NCBI GenBank assembly: GCA_903835065.1
Contig: CAILLO010000077.1
Coordinates: forward strand, 48,621-112,620
Direction of reading: 5' to 3'
Length of the DNA: 64,000 nucleotides
Origin: an uncultured Eubacteriales bacterium
GTDB lineage: Bacteria; Bacillota; Clostridia; Saccharofermentanales; UBA5734
How positions within the stretch are numbered: the first letter of the stretch is position 1; each line of letters starts with the position of its first letter. Position numbers and translations under genes: made by a program. Positions 17,670 through 26,515 of this stretch are shown here, piece by piece. The notes beneath the pieces were generated by a model, which ran no database searches, had not been told where the DNA came from, and saw only the letters and a list, made by a program, of their open reading frames with translations.

Positions 17670-20186
17670 ATGGAAGCATTCTGGGCGAAGACCGTGGAGG
17701 ATCTCCGGAAAGCGCTGGCGAGTCCTGCGGAGGGCCTGACGGCCACCGAGGCGGCCTCGCGTCTGGCCCGGTCGGGGCCGAACGATCTGGGAAGGAAGAA
17801 GGCGCACGGGCCTGTCGTCGTCTTCCTGTCGCAGTTCAAGAGTCCGATCATCCTGATCCTGCTCTTCGCGACCGGCCTGTCCCTCTTTCTCGGGGACACG
17901 ACCGACGCCGCGATCATCTTCGCCATCGTCCTCGTGAGCGGCCTGCTCGGCTTCTGGCAGGAATTCCGCGCCGGCCAGGCGACCGAGGCGCTGCTCGCGC
18001 TGGTGCGAATCCGCGCCACGGCGCTGCGCGACGGCAAGCCCCAGGAAGTGGACGTCGCGTCCCTCGTCCCCGGCGACGTGGTGCGGCTCGAGGCCGGAGA
18101 CAAGGTCCCGGCCGATTCGGCGCTGATCGATTCGACCGCACTGTTCGTCGACGAGTCCACGCTCACGGGCGAGACGTTCCCCGTGGAGAAGCAGGCGGGC
18201 GTCCTCCCGGCGGATGCGGCGCTCGCGAAGCGGACGAACGCGCTCTGGATGGGCACCCACGTCGTCAGCGGCAGCGCCCGGGCGTTGGTCGTCCAGACCG
18301 GCCGCGGCACCGAATTCGGCAGGATCTCCGAGCACATGCGGCTACGGCCGCCCGAGACCGAGTTCGAGCGAGGCATCCGCCGGTTCGGCTACCTGCTCAT
18401 GGAGATCACGCTGCTCCTCGTCTTCGCGATCTTCGCGACCAACGTCCTGCTCAAGCGCCCGCCGCTCGACTCTTTCCTGTTCTCGCTCGCGCTCGCCGTC
18501 GGTCTGACGCCGCAGCTCCTTCCTGCGGTCATCAGCATCAACCTTTCCCACGGTGCCCGCGTCATGGCCAGCCGCAAGGTCATCGTGAAGCGGCTCTCCT
18601 CCATCGAGAATCTCGGCAGCATGGACGTCCTCTGCTCGGACAAGACCGGCACACTGACGGACGGGACCGTGAAACTCCAGGGCGCGCTCGACCTGGCCGG
18701 GAACGAGAGCGAGCGGGTCTTCCTCTACGCCTACCTGAACGCCTCCTTCGAGGCGGGCTTCCGCAACCCGATCGACGAGGCCGTCCGCGCGGCCCGCACG
18801 CTCGACATCTCCGGCTACGCGAAGCTCGACGAGGAGCCCTACGACTTCACGCGCCGCATGCTCAGCATCCTGGTGTCGGAACCCGGCACCGGCCGTTCGC
18901 TCATGGTCACCAAGGGCGCGCTCGACAAGGTGCTCGCGGTGTGCGACACGGCCGAGCGGCCCGACGGGACCCTGCAGCCGATCGACGAGGCGCGCAAGGG
19001 GATCCGGAGCCTGTACGAGCAGCACAGCGCTCTGGGGCACCGCACGCTCGGCCTCGCGTACCGCCACCCCGGCGAGGACCGCCTGATCGGCCGCGACCAC
19101 GAAACCGGCATGACCTTCCTCGGGTTCCTGACCCTGTACGACCCCCTCAAGGAGAACATCGTCGAGACGATCGACCACCTCAAGCGCCTCGGCGTCTCGC
19201 TCCGGATCATCACCGGGGACAACCGGCTCGTCGCGGCCAGCCTCATGAAGAAGCTCGGCATCCCCGAGACCGAGATCCTGACCGGGACCGACCTCGCGAC
19301 GACCAGCGACCGCGCCCTGATCCGACGGGTCGGGCACGTCAGCGTCTTCGCCGAAGTGGAGCCGAACCAGAAGGAGCGGATCATCGTCGCCCTCAAGAAG
19401 GCGGGGCACGTCGTCGGGTACGTGGGCGACGGCATCAACGACGTGTCCGCCCTCCACGACGCAGATGTCGGCATCTCGGTCGACGGGGCGGTCGACGTGG
19501 CCAAGGAGGCAGCGGACGTCGTGCTGCTCGAGCGCGACCTCGCCGTGCTCGCCGCGGGCGTCGAGTCGGGCCGCACGACCTTCGCCAACACGCTGAAGTA
19601 CGTCTTCATGGCGACGTCCGCCAACTTCGGCAACATGTTCAGCATGGCCGGGGCGTCGCTCTTCCTGCCCTTCCTGCCGCTGCTGCCGAAGCAGATCCTG
19701 CTGACCAACCTGATGACCGACTTCCCCGAAATGACCATCGCGTCGGACCGCGTCGACGCCGAGATGGTCGACCGGCCGCGCCGCTGGGATATCGGCTTCA
19801 TCCGGAAGTTCATGATGACCTTCGGACTCGTGAGCTCGGTCTTCGATTTCCTGACCTTCGGGGCGCTTCTGCTCGTCGCCCACGCGACGGAGACGCAGTT
19901 CCGGACGGGCTGGTTCCTCGAGTCGGTCCTGTCCGCCTCGCTGGTCGTCCTTGTCGTTCGCACCCGGAAACCGTTCTTCAAGAGCCGTCCGGGCCGCTGG
20001 CTCGCGCTCGCGACTTCCGCGGTGGCGGTCGCGACGGTCCTTCTCCCCTATACGCCGCTGGCCGGACCGCTGGGCTTCGAGCCGCTGTCCGCGCCCGTGC
20101 TGTCCATGATCGTCGTCATCGTCGCGCTCTACGCACTGGCCGCGGAGACGGCCAAGCGGATCTTCTACCGCATCGTGAAGAACTGA
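17670..20186 (+). CDS. mgtA: Magnesium-translocating P-type ATPase
   Basis: Start at MEAFWAKTVEDL (GGGAGG RBS). Shows TGET, DKTGTLT, TGDN and VGDGINDVSALHDADVGISV. The C-terminal RPRRWDIGFIRKFMMTFGLVSSVFDFLTF is MgtA-like. Confidence 0.9.
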   Translation: MEAFWAKTVEDLRKALASPAEGLTATEAASRLARSGPNDLGRKKAHGPVVVFLSQFKSPIILILLFATGLSLFLGDTTDAAIIFAIVLVSGLLGFWQEFRAGQATEALLALVRIRATALRDGKPQEVDVASLVPGDVVRLEAGDKVPADSALIDSTALFVDESTLTGETFPVEKQAGVLPADAALAKRTNALWMGTHVVSGSARALVVQTGRGTEFGRISEHMRLRPPETEFERGIRRFGYLLMEITLLLVFAIFATNVLLKRPPLDSFLFSLALAVGLTPQLLPAVISINLSHGARVMASRKVIVKRLSSIENLGSMDVLCSDKTGTLTDGTVKLQGALDLAGNESERVFLYAYLNASFEAGFRNPIDEAVRAARTLDISGYAKLDEEPYDFTRRMLSILVSEPGTGRSLMVTKGALDKVLAVCDTAERPDGTLQPIDEARKGIRSLYEQHSALGHRTLGLAYRHPGEDRLIGRDHETGMTFLGFLTLYDPLKENIVETIDHLKRLGVSLRIITGDNRLVAASLMKKLGIPETEILTGTDLATTSDRALIRRVGHVSVFAEVEPNQKERIIVALKKAGHVVGYVGDGINDVSALHDADVGISVDGAVDVAKEAADVVLLERDLAVLAAGVESGRTTFANTLKYVFMATSANFGNMFSMAGASLFLPFLPLLPKQILLTNLMTDFPEMTIASDRVDAEMVDRPRRWDIGFIRKFMMTFGLVSSVFDFLTFGALLLVAHATETQFRTGWFLESVLSASLVVLVVRTRKPFFKSRPGRWLALATSAVAVATVLLPYTPLAGPLGFEPLSAPVLSMIVVIVALYALAAETAKRIFYRIVKN

Positions 20187-20198
20187 CCGGAAGGTCCC

Positions 20199-21503
20199 CT
20201 ACAACAGCCCGAGCAGCAGGTCCTTGAAGAGCAGCAGGTTGAGAATCGTCACCACGGCCGCGCATAGCCACAGCACGGCGGCGTTCAGCGTCGAATTCCG
20301 GTATTCGCCCATCACCTTGCGCGAGGACGTCAGCCGGATCTGGAGCAGGACCGTGACCGGCAGCTGGATGCTGAGCAATAACTGCGAGATGATGAGCCCC
20401 TGGAAGGGGTCGCCGGTGACGAGGACCAGCAGCAGCGCGGGGACCAGCGCGACGAAGATGCCCATGCGGCTGTGCTTGTCGGTCGCGTCGAAGGGCTCCT
20501 TGAAGAATCCGGCGAAGATCGAGCCGCTCGCCATGCCGGCCGTCAGCGAGGCGGAGATTCCCGCGAACAGGAGCCCGACGGCGAAGATCACCGCGGCCGC
20601 GGGGCCGAGCAGCGGCTTGAGCATCGCCTGCGCCTGGCCGAGCTCCGTGACTTTGGTTCCGCTCGCGAAGAAGGTCGAGGCGGCGAGCAGGATCATCGCA
20701 CTGTTGATGGCCCAGCCGACCGACATCGAGAACAGGGTGTCGAGGAACTCGAAGCGGAGCTGCCGGTCCACGACCTTCTTGTCCGAGAGTTGCCACTGCC
20801 GGCTCTGGATGATCTCGGAGTGCAGGAAGAGGTTGTGCGGCATGACGACGGCTCCGAGCACGCTCATGAGAATCGGCATCGAGCCGGGCGGGATGGAAGG
20901 AACGACCCAGGCGACGGCGGCGGTGCCCCAGTCGACGGGAGCGAGGAAGGTCTCGATCAGGAACGAGAAGCCGATGATGGAGACGAACCCGATGATCCAG
21001 CGCTCGATGCGCCGATAGGAATTCGTGAGCAGCATGACCGCCGCCAGCAGGAACATCAGGACCTCCCCGATGCGCAGGGGAAGCTGGAACAGCATCTGGA
21101 GGGCGATCGCGCCGCCGAGCAGTTCGGCGTAGGCCGTGGCGACCGCGGCGAGGATGCCCGAGGACAGGATCGGGATGCTGTACCGGCGACGCAGGTGGAT
21201 CGTCGCGGCTTCCGCGAGGCAGTTGCCGGTGGCGATCCCGAGGTGCGCCGCGTTGTGCTGCAGCAGGATCAGCAGGACCGTCGACAGCGTGATCACCCAG
21301 AGCAGCGTGTAGCCGAAGTCGGCGCCGGCCGAGACGTTCGAGGCCCAGTTGCCCGGGTCGATGAAGCCGACCGTCACGAGAAGGCCGGGTCCGATGTACT
21401 TCATCAGTTCCAGTGCGCGGGCGCGGGCGCCTTCGGGGCGGCACTCGCGGATCAGGCGGTCGAGCAGGCCGTTCGGCTTCGGTCGCTTCTCCTCGGAGCC
21501 CAT
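20199..21503 (-). CDS. mntH: Nramp-family divalent metal (Mn2+/Fe2+) transporter
   Basis: 434 aa. GPGLLVTVGFIDPGNWASN (DPGN motif). Polytopic. Confidence 0.92.
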   Translation of the reverse strand: MGSEEKRPKPNGLLDRLIRECRPEGARARALELMKYIGPGLLVTVGFIDPGNWASNVSAGADFGYTLLWVITLSTVLLILLQHNAAHLGIATGNCLAEAATIHLRRRYSIPILSSGILAAVATAYAELLGGAIALQMLFQLPLRIGEVLMFLLAAVMLLTNSYRRIERWIIGFVSIIGFSFLIETFLAPVDWGTAAVAWVVPSIPPGSMPILMSVLGAVVMPHNLFLHSEIIQSRQWQLSDKKVVDRQLRFEFLDTLFSMSVGWAINSAMILLAASTFFASGTKVTELGQAQAMLKPLLGPAAAVIFAVGLLFAGISASLTAGMASGSIFAGFFKEPFDATDKHSRMGIFVALVPALLLVLVTGDPFQGLIISQLLLSIQLPVTVLLQIRLTSSRKVMGEYRNSTLNAAVLWLCAAVVTILNLLLFKDLLLGLL

Positions 21504-21513
21504 GAGGTCCTCC

Positions 21514-23277
21514 TTACTCGATCCGGATGCCGAAGATCTTCTTGGCGTAGGAGCCGACGACGATCATGTTCCCATAGGCCGACGGTGAGGATTCGACGTT
21601 GGCGCCGAGGGACACCGTGGAGTAGTCCGCGCCGGTCAGCGGGTCGAACAGGTGCATGTCCCCCTTGAAGTCGCAGAAGATGCCGTACGTCTTGCCGTCG
21701 TCGCCCTTGATGGCGATCGGGGAGCTCCAGCTGTAGGAAGCGAGCTCGCGCTGCCAGACGACCGCGCCCGTCTTCGTGTCGAGCGCGAGCAGCGTGCCCG
21801 CGTACCGGGCCGTCGTCTTGGCCACGTTGAAGATCACGACGCCGGACAGGTCGTCCTGCCCGACGAGCGGCGTGGCGAGGAGCCCGCCGTTGATGCTGGC
21901 GTCGTATGTGCAGCGGATGTCGTGCTGCCAGATCAGCTTGCCCGTGAGGGCGTCGAATTTCCGGAGGTTGCAGGGAGCGCTCGTGGACGACGTGCCATAG
22001 CAACGGGTGTCGATCTCGTTGCCCGTGTAGAGGAACACGCCGTCCGCCGTTTCCTCGAGCACCGGCGTGGCGTCCGTGTCGTCGCCGAGGTCGGCCATCC
22101 AGACGGGCTCGAGCGTGTTGACGTCCATGCAGACCAGCGTTCCGCCGTTGTCCGTGAAGTACATGAGGTTCCGGTAGTAGGCGGCGGAACTCTCGGTGCC
22201 GAGTTTCGAGGAATAGGAGGACTTGTAGACGAACTTCACGATCGAGGGCGCCAGCGACAGCGTCCCCGACGCCGCGTCGAGCGCGGCATCCAGGTCCGTG
22301 CGGTAGATCACCCCGTTCTCGCCCGGTTCGACCATGATCCCCGTCTTCGCGTCGATCACGGCGGACGAGTCGAACGCGCCCCAATTGCGGGTCGTCACCG
22401 GGTCTTTCCCAGCGATCGCGAAGACCTGCTTGTTCCGGACCAGGTCGAACAGCCGGTACTGGAAGGGGGTGCTGATGCCGTTCGTGTCGTCGAGCCCCTG
22501 GCCGGTCATGAAGAGCGGCAGTCCGCGCGGGTCCAAGCACCCCGTCCCCTTGAAGGTCGTGCCGACGACGATCGGGGAGCGGGTGGGCAGCCCGGTCGCG
22601 AGGTCGAGGAAGTAGACGTTGCCGTCGAAGACGGGGTAGATCACCTCGACGAGGTCCTTGGCCTTCGCCTCCGCCGTGAGGCCCATCGCGAGGCGCGTGG
22701 CCTCGGGCCAGTGCACGATCAGCGGCTGGCCGGTCCAGCCGGAGCCGGGCCAGTAGCTTCCATAGCCGGTGGCGGCCCCGTCGGACTTCGTCCAGACGAT
22801 CTCGAGTTTCTTCTGGCTGACGTCCGCGGTACCGTAGGCGGGCGCGTTCCGGTAGTTGTTGCCGCGGAACGTGAGGACTCCCTGGAGGGCGGTGTAGTCC
22901 GCACCGGATCCGAAGACGACCGGTTTTTCGGCCTGGTAGGACGAAAGGAGCTTGTTGCCGGTCCCGTAGCGCCAGTAGGTGATCTTCGCGCCTCCGGCGA
23001 AGGTCTTCGAATAGGCGCCGCTGGACAGCCTGACCGGGGCGACGTAGCCCGCGAGCTTCGTGATGTCGATCGAGACGACGGGGGCGGGTGTCGGGGACGG
23101 CGTCGGCTCCGGCGTGGGCGTCGACGTCGGTTCGGGCGAAGCCGTCGGCTGCGGCGTGGCGGTCGGTGGCGACGTCGGCGTGCCCGGGAGCGTGCCGCAC
23201 GCGGTGCAGGCGAGCAGGATCGCGAGGGCGAGCGCCGTCGCGAGGGTCGTTCGGATCGAGCGGGCCTGGATCGTCAT
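21514..23277 (-). CDS. PQQ-like beta-propeller repeat lipoprotein
   Basis: 587 aa. Lipobox LLACTAC and a Pro/Thr/Ser linker, then repeated beta-propeller-type blades (ALDTKTGAVVWQ, KFDALTGKLIWQ). Ends 10 nt before mntH. Confidence 0.8.
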   Translation of the reverse strand: MTIQARSIRTTLATALALAILLACTACGTLPGTPTSPPTATPQPTASPEPTSTPTPEPTPSPTPAPVVSIDITKLAGYVAPVRLSSGAYSKTFAGGAKITYWRYGTGNKLLSSYQAEKPVVFGSGADYTALQGVLTFRGNNYRNAPAYGTADVSQKKLEIVWTKSDGAATGYGSYWPGSGWTGQPLIVHWPEATRLAMGLTAEAKAKDLVEVIYPVFDGNVYFLDLATGLPTRSPIVVGTTFKGTGCLDPRGLPLFMTGQGLDDTNGISTPFQYRLFDLVRNKQVFAIAGKDPVTTRNWGAFDSSAVIDAKTGIMVEPGENGVIYRTDLDAALDAASGTLSLAPSIVKFVYKSSYSSKLGTESSAAYYRNLMYFTDNGGTLVCMDVNTLEPVWMADLGDDTDATPVLEETADGVFLYTGNEIDTRCYGTSSTSAPCNLRKFDALTGKLIWQHDIRCTYDASINGGLLATPLVGQDDLSGVVIFNVAKTTARYAGTLLALDTKTGAVVWQRELASYSWSSPIAIKGDDGKTYGIFCDFKGDMHLFDPLTGADYSTVSLGANVESSPSAYGNMIVVGSYAKKIFGIRIE

Positions 23278-23364
23278 GCGAGCCTCCTGAAATGCCGGGC
23301 CGTGGCCGGGCGAACGGGGGAACGGGAACGGAAGTCGGGAGTCGGGCCCTGGGATCGAGCCGGA

Positions 23365-23949
23365 TCAGCCTCTCCGGCCGATCGCCAGCGACCCGGCGAG
23401 CAGCAGCGCCGCACAGGCCATGCCGCAGGCCCACGCGAGGAACACGAGCCGCCCGATGCGGCCGATGCTCCGTTCGGGTTCCGCGAGGGACTGGGCGGCG
23501 ACCACGACGCCCTGGCCGTCGGCGAGGACGACGGATGCGAACCGCAACCCGGAGCGGGGTTGCCACGTCACGCGGTTCTCTCCGCTCGCGGCGGCGGCGG
23601 CGCGGGCGCCCGCGGGATAGACCGGCGCCGCGCCGTCGAGCGTGCCGGAGGACGCGACGAGGTTCCCCTGCGCGTCGTAGACCAGGACGAAGGGGGACAG
23701 GCTCGACTCGACGCGGACGGTCGACGAGGGGACCGCGTCGGGCGCCGCGAAGCCCGTCGCGAGCCGGTCCCGGGTCTCCGCCGCGAGCGCCGCGGGCGCT
23801 GCGTCGGCGCCGAGACGCAGGCTCTGCTGCGCGACCCCGTAGACCAGCAGGCAGGTGAATGTCAGGAGCAGGGCCGTCGCCGCGGCGACGAGCCACGGGA
23901 GACGCCGGGAGCGCGGATTCTTCGGGACCGGAGTCGATGCGTTCGGCAT
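23365..23949 (-). CDS. Hypothetical bitopic/two-TM membrane protein with ~120-aa extracytoplasmic domain
   Basis: Start at MPNASTPVPKNPRSRRLPWLVAAATALLL (GGGAGGAGG RBS). Hydrophobic segments at both ends. No motif recognised. Confidence 0.6.
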   Translation of the reverse strand: MPNASTPVPKNPRSRRLPWLVAAATALLLTFTCLLVYGVAQQSLRLGADAAPAALAAETRDRLATGFAAPDAVPSSTVRVESSLSPFVLVYDAQGNLVASSGTLDGAAPVYPAGARAAAAASGENRVTWQPRSGLRFASVVLADGQGVVVAAQSLAEPERSIGRIGRLVFLAWACGMACAALLLAGSLAIGRRG

Positions 23950-24076
23950 AGGGGTCCTCCTCCCGGCATTCCGCCGGAACGCCCCCATTATCCCACAAAC
24001 TCCACCGGCATGGGAAAGGCGGCCCGAAGACTTCCGTCTCCTCCGCCGCCTCTCCGCCGGGAGCGGGCCGTCCGGT

Positions 24077-24193
24077 CTACAGCGACTCGTGCGACCCGTC
24101 GCAGAAGGGCTGCGCGGCGCTTCTGCCGCACGCGCACCAGTAGCAGGTCTGTCCCGCCTTGACGTCGACGGGGCTCGGTCCGGTTCCCGCGAT
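24077..24193 (-). CDS. CDGSH iron-sulfur domain protein, start codon unresolved (possible ATC start or pseudogene)
   Basis: Hand translation gives (RKKDT)IAGTGPSPVDVKAGQTCYWCACGRSAAQPFCDGSHESL*, an exact C-X-C-X2-S-X3-P-X-C-D-G-S-H signature. No ATG, GTG, TTG or CTG occurs in the frame between the upstream TGA (24266-24268) and the motif. AGGAAG lies 9 nt before the ATC at 24193. Confidence 0.55.
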   Translation of the reverse strand: MAGTGPSPVDVKAGQTCYWCACGRSAAQPFCDGSHESL

Positions 24194-24224
24194 CGTGTCT
24201 TTCTTCCTGTGTGTTTCCCCTTTT

Positions 24225-25016
24225 CTACTCCGATCCCGCTTCCTGTTCCTCGAACAGGTAGCAGGTCATAGATAGCGATCCCATGGTGCAGGTGTCGTTG
24301 AATACGGTCAGCCGGTCGTCCGGTCGCGATGCGCCGAGGACATGCAGCAGCGGGTCGAAGTGGTCGGTCGTGGGCACGGACAGCGCCGCATCCGCTCCGG
24401 CCGCCCGGTATCCGAGCACGCCCGCGTGGTCGCCCTTCACGACGCGCTCCTTGATATAGGCGTCGAAACGTTCGGCCCAGGGGTGTCCGCCCGTCATCCC
24501 CCAGCCGACGCGGCCGAGGTTGTGGACGACGTTGCCGCTGCCGAAGACGAGCACGCCTTCGTCGCGCAGCGCACCGATCGCCCGCCCGATCCGGAAGTGC
24601 TCCTCCGGCGTCGCGTCGCGGTCGACGCTGAGCTGGAACACGGGGACGTCGACCTTCGGGAACATGCGGCAGAGGACGGACCAGGTGCCGTGGTCGAGCC
24701 CCCAGGTGTCGTCGATGCGGACGTCCCCGCCGATCAGGTCCTTCGCGCGGCGCGCCGTCTCCGGAGCGCCGGGGGCGGGGTACGCGACCTGGTAGAGCGC
24801 CTCGGGGAATCCGTACATGTCGTATACCATCCGGGGGTGCGGGTCGTCCGAGACGCGCACGCCGTCGGTGAACCAGTGCGCGGAGACGGAGAGGATCGAC
24901 TTCGGGCGGACGAGGCCGCGACCGACTTCCTCCCACTTCCTCGTGTATTCGTTGTCTTCGATCGCGCTCATCGGCGATCCGTGTCCGACGAACAGCGCCG
25001 GCATTCTCTGGGACAT
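24225..25016 (-). CDS. ygiD: 4,5-DOPA dioxygenase extradiol-like (YgiD family)
   Basis: Start at MSQRMPALFVGHGSPMSA (AGGAGG RBS). Shows SAHW, GSGNVVHNL and DHFDPLL motifs. 263 aa. Confidence 0.88.
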   Translation of the reverse strand: MSQRMPALFVGHGSPMSAIEDNEYTRKWEEVGRGLVRPKSILSVSAHWFTDGVRVSDDPHPRMVYDMYGFPEALYQVAYPAPGAPETARRAKDLIGGDVRIDDTWGLDHGTWSVLCRMFPKVDVPVFQLSVDRDATPEEHFRIGRAIGALRDEGVLVFGSGNVVHNLGRVGWGMTGGHPWAERFDAYIKERVVKGDHAGVLGYRAAGADAALSVPTTDHFDPLLHVLGASRPDDRLTVFNDTCTMGSLSMTCYLFEEQEAGSE

Positions 25017-25117
25017 CGGGGTTCCTCCTGGATTCCATCGTCCGATGGACGGACTTTCTACGATGATACCCCACATCTCACTCCTGACTTGTACCGGATG
25101 TAACGGAACCGTCCGCG

Positions 25118-25145
25118 TTGACACGCCGCGGCCGCGGCGTATGAT
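25118..25145 (+). promoter_or_regulatory. Candidate promoter of the MFS gene with palindromic spacer
   Basis: TTGACA (25118-25123), a 16-nt spacer CGCCGCGGCCGCGGCG that is a perfect palindrome, then TATGAT (25140-25145). Confidence 0.55.
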
Positions 25146-25183
25146 GAATAAGGCGTTTCGCCCCCGAAGGAGGAAATCGGACC

Positions 25184-26470
25184 ATGGCAGCCGCGATCGT
25201 GAACCAGAAGCTCCGTTCCGCCTTCCCCGCCCTCACGCACCGCAACTTCCGCCTGTTCTTCTTCGGACAGTGCATTTCGCTGATCGGCACGTGGATGCAG
25301 AACATCGGCCAGGCCTGGCTGGTCCTCCAGCTGACCGCGGGCCAGTCGGACGCCCCGTTCAAGCTCGGCCTCGTCACCGCGCTCCAGTTCCTGCCCATGA
25401 TGCTGTTCTCCCTGTTCGCGGGCACCTTCGTCGACCGCCTGCCCAAGCGGGGGGTGCTCGTCGCCACGCAGTCCGCCCTCGCCGTCCTTGCGGCGGCCCT
25501 CGCGACGCTCACCCTGCTCGGGGTCGTCCAGTACTGGCACATCCTCGTTCTCGCCCTGCTGCTCGGCTTCGTCAACACCCTCGACATGCCGACCCGCCAG
25601 TCCTTCTTCGTCGAGCTGGTCGGCAAGGAAGACCTCATGAACGCGATCGGTCTCAACTCGACGATCTTCAACCTCGCCCGGATCCTCGGTCCGGCCGTGG
25701 CCGGGCTCCTGATCGCCCTGATGGGCATCGCCCCCTGCTTCTACCTGAACGCGGCGAGCTTCCTCGCCGTGATCGGCGGGCTGCTGCTCATGCGCCTTCC
25801 CCGGACCGGGGTCCCGAAGGGAGAACGCCGCTCGCTGCACGATCTGTGGGTCGAGATCCGCGAAGGTCTCGGTTACGTGCGCCGCAGCCCCGCGATCCTG
25901 TATCCGCTCGTGCTGCTCGCGATCTGCAGCCTCTTCGTGATGAACTACAACGTCCTGGTCCCGATCTTCGCGACGCAGAACCTCCACCAGGAGGCGACCG
26001 GCTACGGACTGCTCATGACGGCACTCGGGGCCGGCTCGTTCATCGGCGCTCTGCGCGTCACGACGAACAGCAGGTCCGGCCCGCGCTTTACGGTCCTCCT
26101 CGGCGGGGCCGCCGGCATGTGCGTGCTGCTGGGCGCCCTGGGCTTCGTGAAGAGCTACGCGCTCGCCTGCGTCGTGTTGCTCGGCGTCGGCTTCTGCGCG
26201 ATCAGCTTCACGACGCTGGTCAACTCCAAGATCCAGCTGACGACCGATGACCGGATGCGGGGCCGCGTGATGAGTCTCTATTCGCTCGTCTTCGGCGGCG
26301 TCACGCCGATCGGAAGCCTATACGCGGGCAAGCTCACGGAGATCTCCGGAGCGCCCGGCTGCATGTGGGCGAGCGGCGCGATCGGCGTCGTCGGGACCGG
26401 GATCGTGCTCTTCCTGCTGTCCCGCGCCCTGAAGAAAGGCCGGAGTCCCGCCGCATCGGACGCCGCCTGA
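25184..26470 (+). CDS. MFS transporter (EntS/MFS_3-like)
   Basis: 428 aa. FRLFFFGQCISLIGTWMQNIGQAWLVL start, 12 hydrophobic segments by eye. AAGGAGGAAA RBS. Confidence 0.88.
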   Translation: MAAAIVNQKLRSAFPALTHRNFRLFFFGQCISLIGTWMQNIGQAWLVLQLTAGQSDAPFKLGLVTALQFLPMMLFSLFAGTFVDRLPKRGVLVATQSALAVLAAALATLTLLGVVQYWHILVLALLLGFVNTLDMPTRQSFFVELVGKEDLMNAIGLNSTIFNLARILGPAVAGLLIALMGIAPCFYLNAASFLAVIGGLLLMRLPRTGVPKGERRSLHDLWVEIREGLGYVRRSPAILYPLVLLAICSLFVMNYNVLVPIFATQNLHQEATGYGLLMTALGAGSFIGALRVTTNSRSGPRFTVLLGGAAGMCVLLGALGFVKSYALACVVLLGVGFCAISFTTLVNSKIQLTTDDRMRGRVMSLYSLVFGGVTPIGSLYAGKLTEISGAPGCMWASGAIGVVGTGIVLFLLSRALKKGRSPAASDAA

Positions 26471-26515
26471 GGTCCGGCAGTCCGACGGTCCGACGGTCTC
26501 GACCCGCTCCGGGAC

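Noticed and set aside
21504-21513. Mn-sensing (yybP-ykoY) riboswitch upstream of mntH.
   Set aside because: Only 10 nt separate mntH from the preceding gene, so there is no room for a leader element.
23855-24271. Track ORF 23855..24271 (+, 138 aa) on the strand opposite the CDGSH reading frame.
   Set aside because: It has Arg/Pro-rich composition, no RBS and no recognisable motif. The minus-strand frame carries an exact CDGSH signature and is the more credible coding frame.
26471-26515. Direct repeat TCCGACGG-TCCGACGG and a GGTCC...GGACC pairing between the convergent MFS and DUF819 genes.
   Set aside because: The repeat has only two 8-nt copies. The possible stem is 5 bp with a loop of about 36 nt, which is not convincing as either a terminator or a repeat element.
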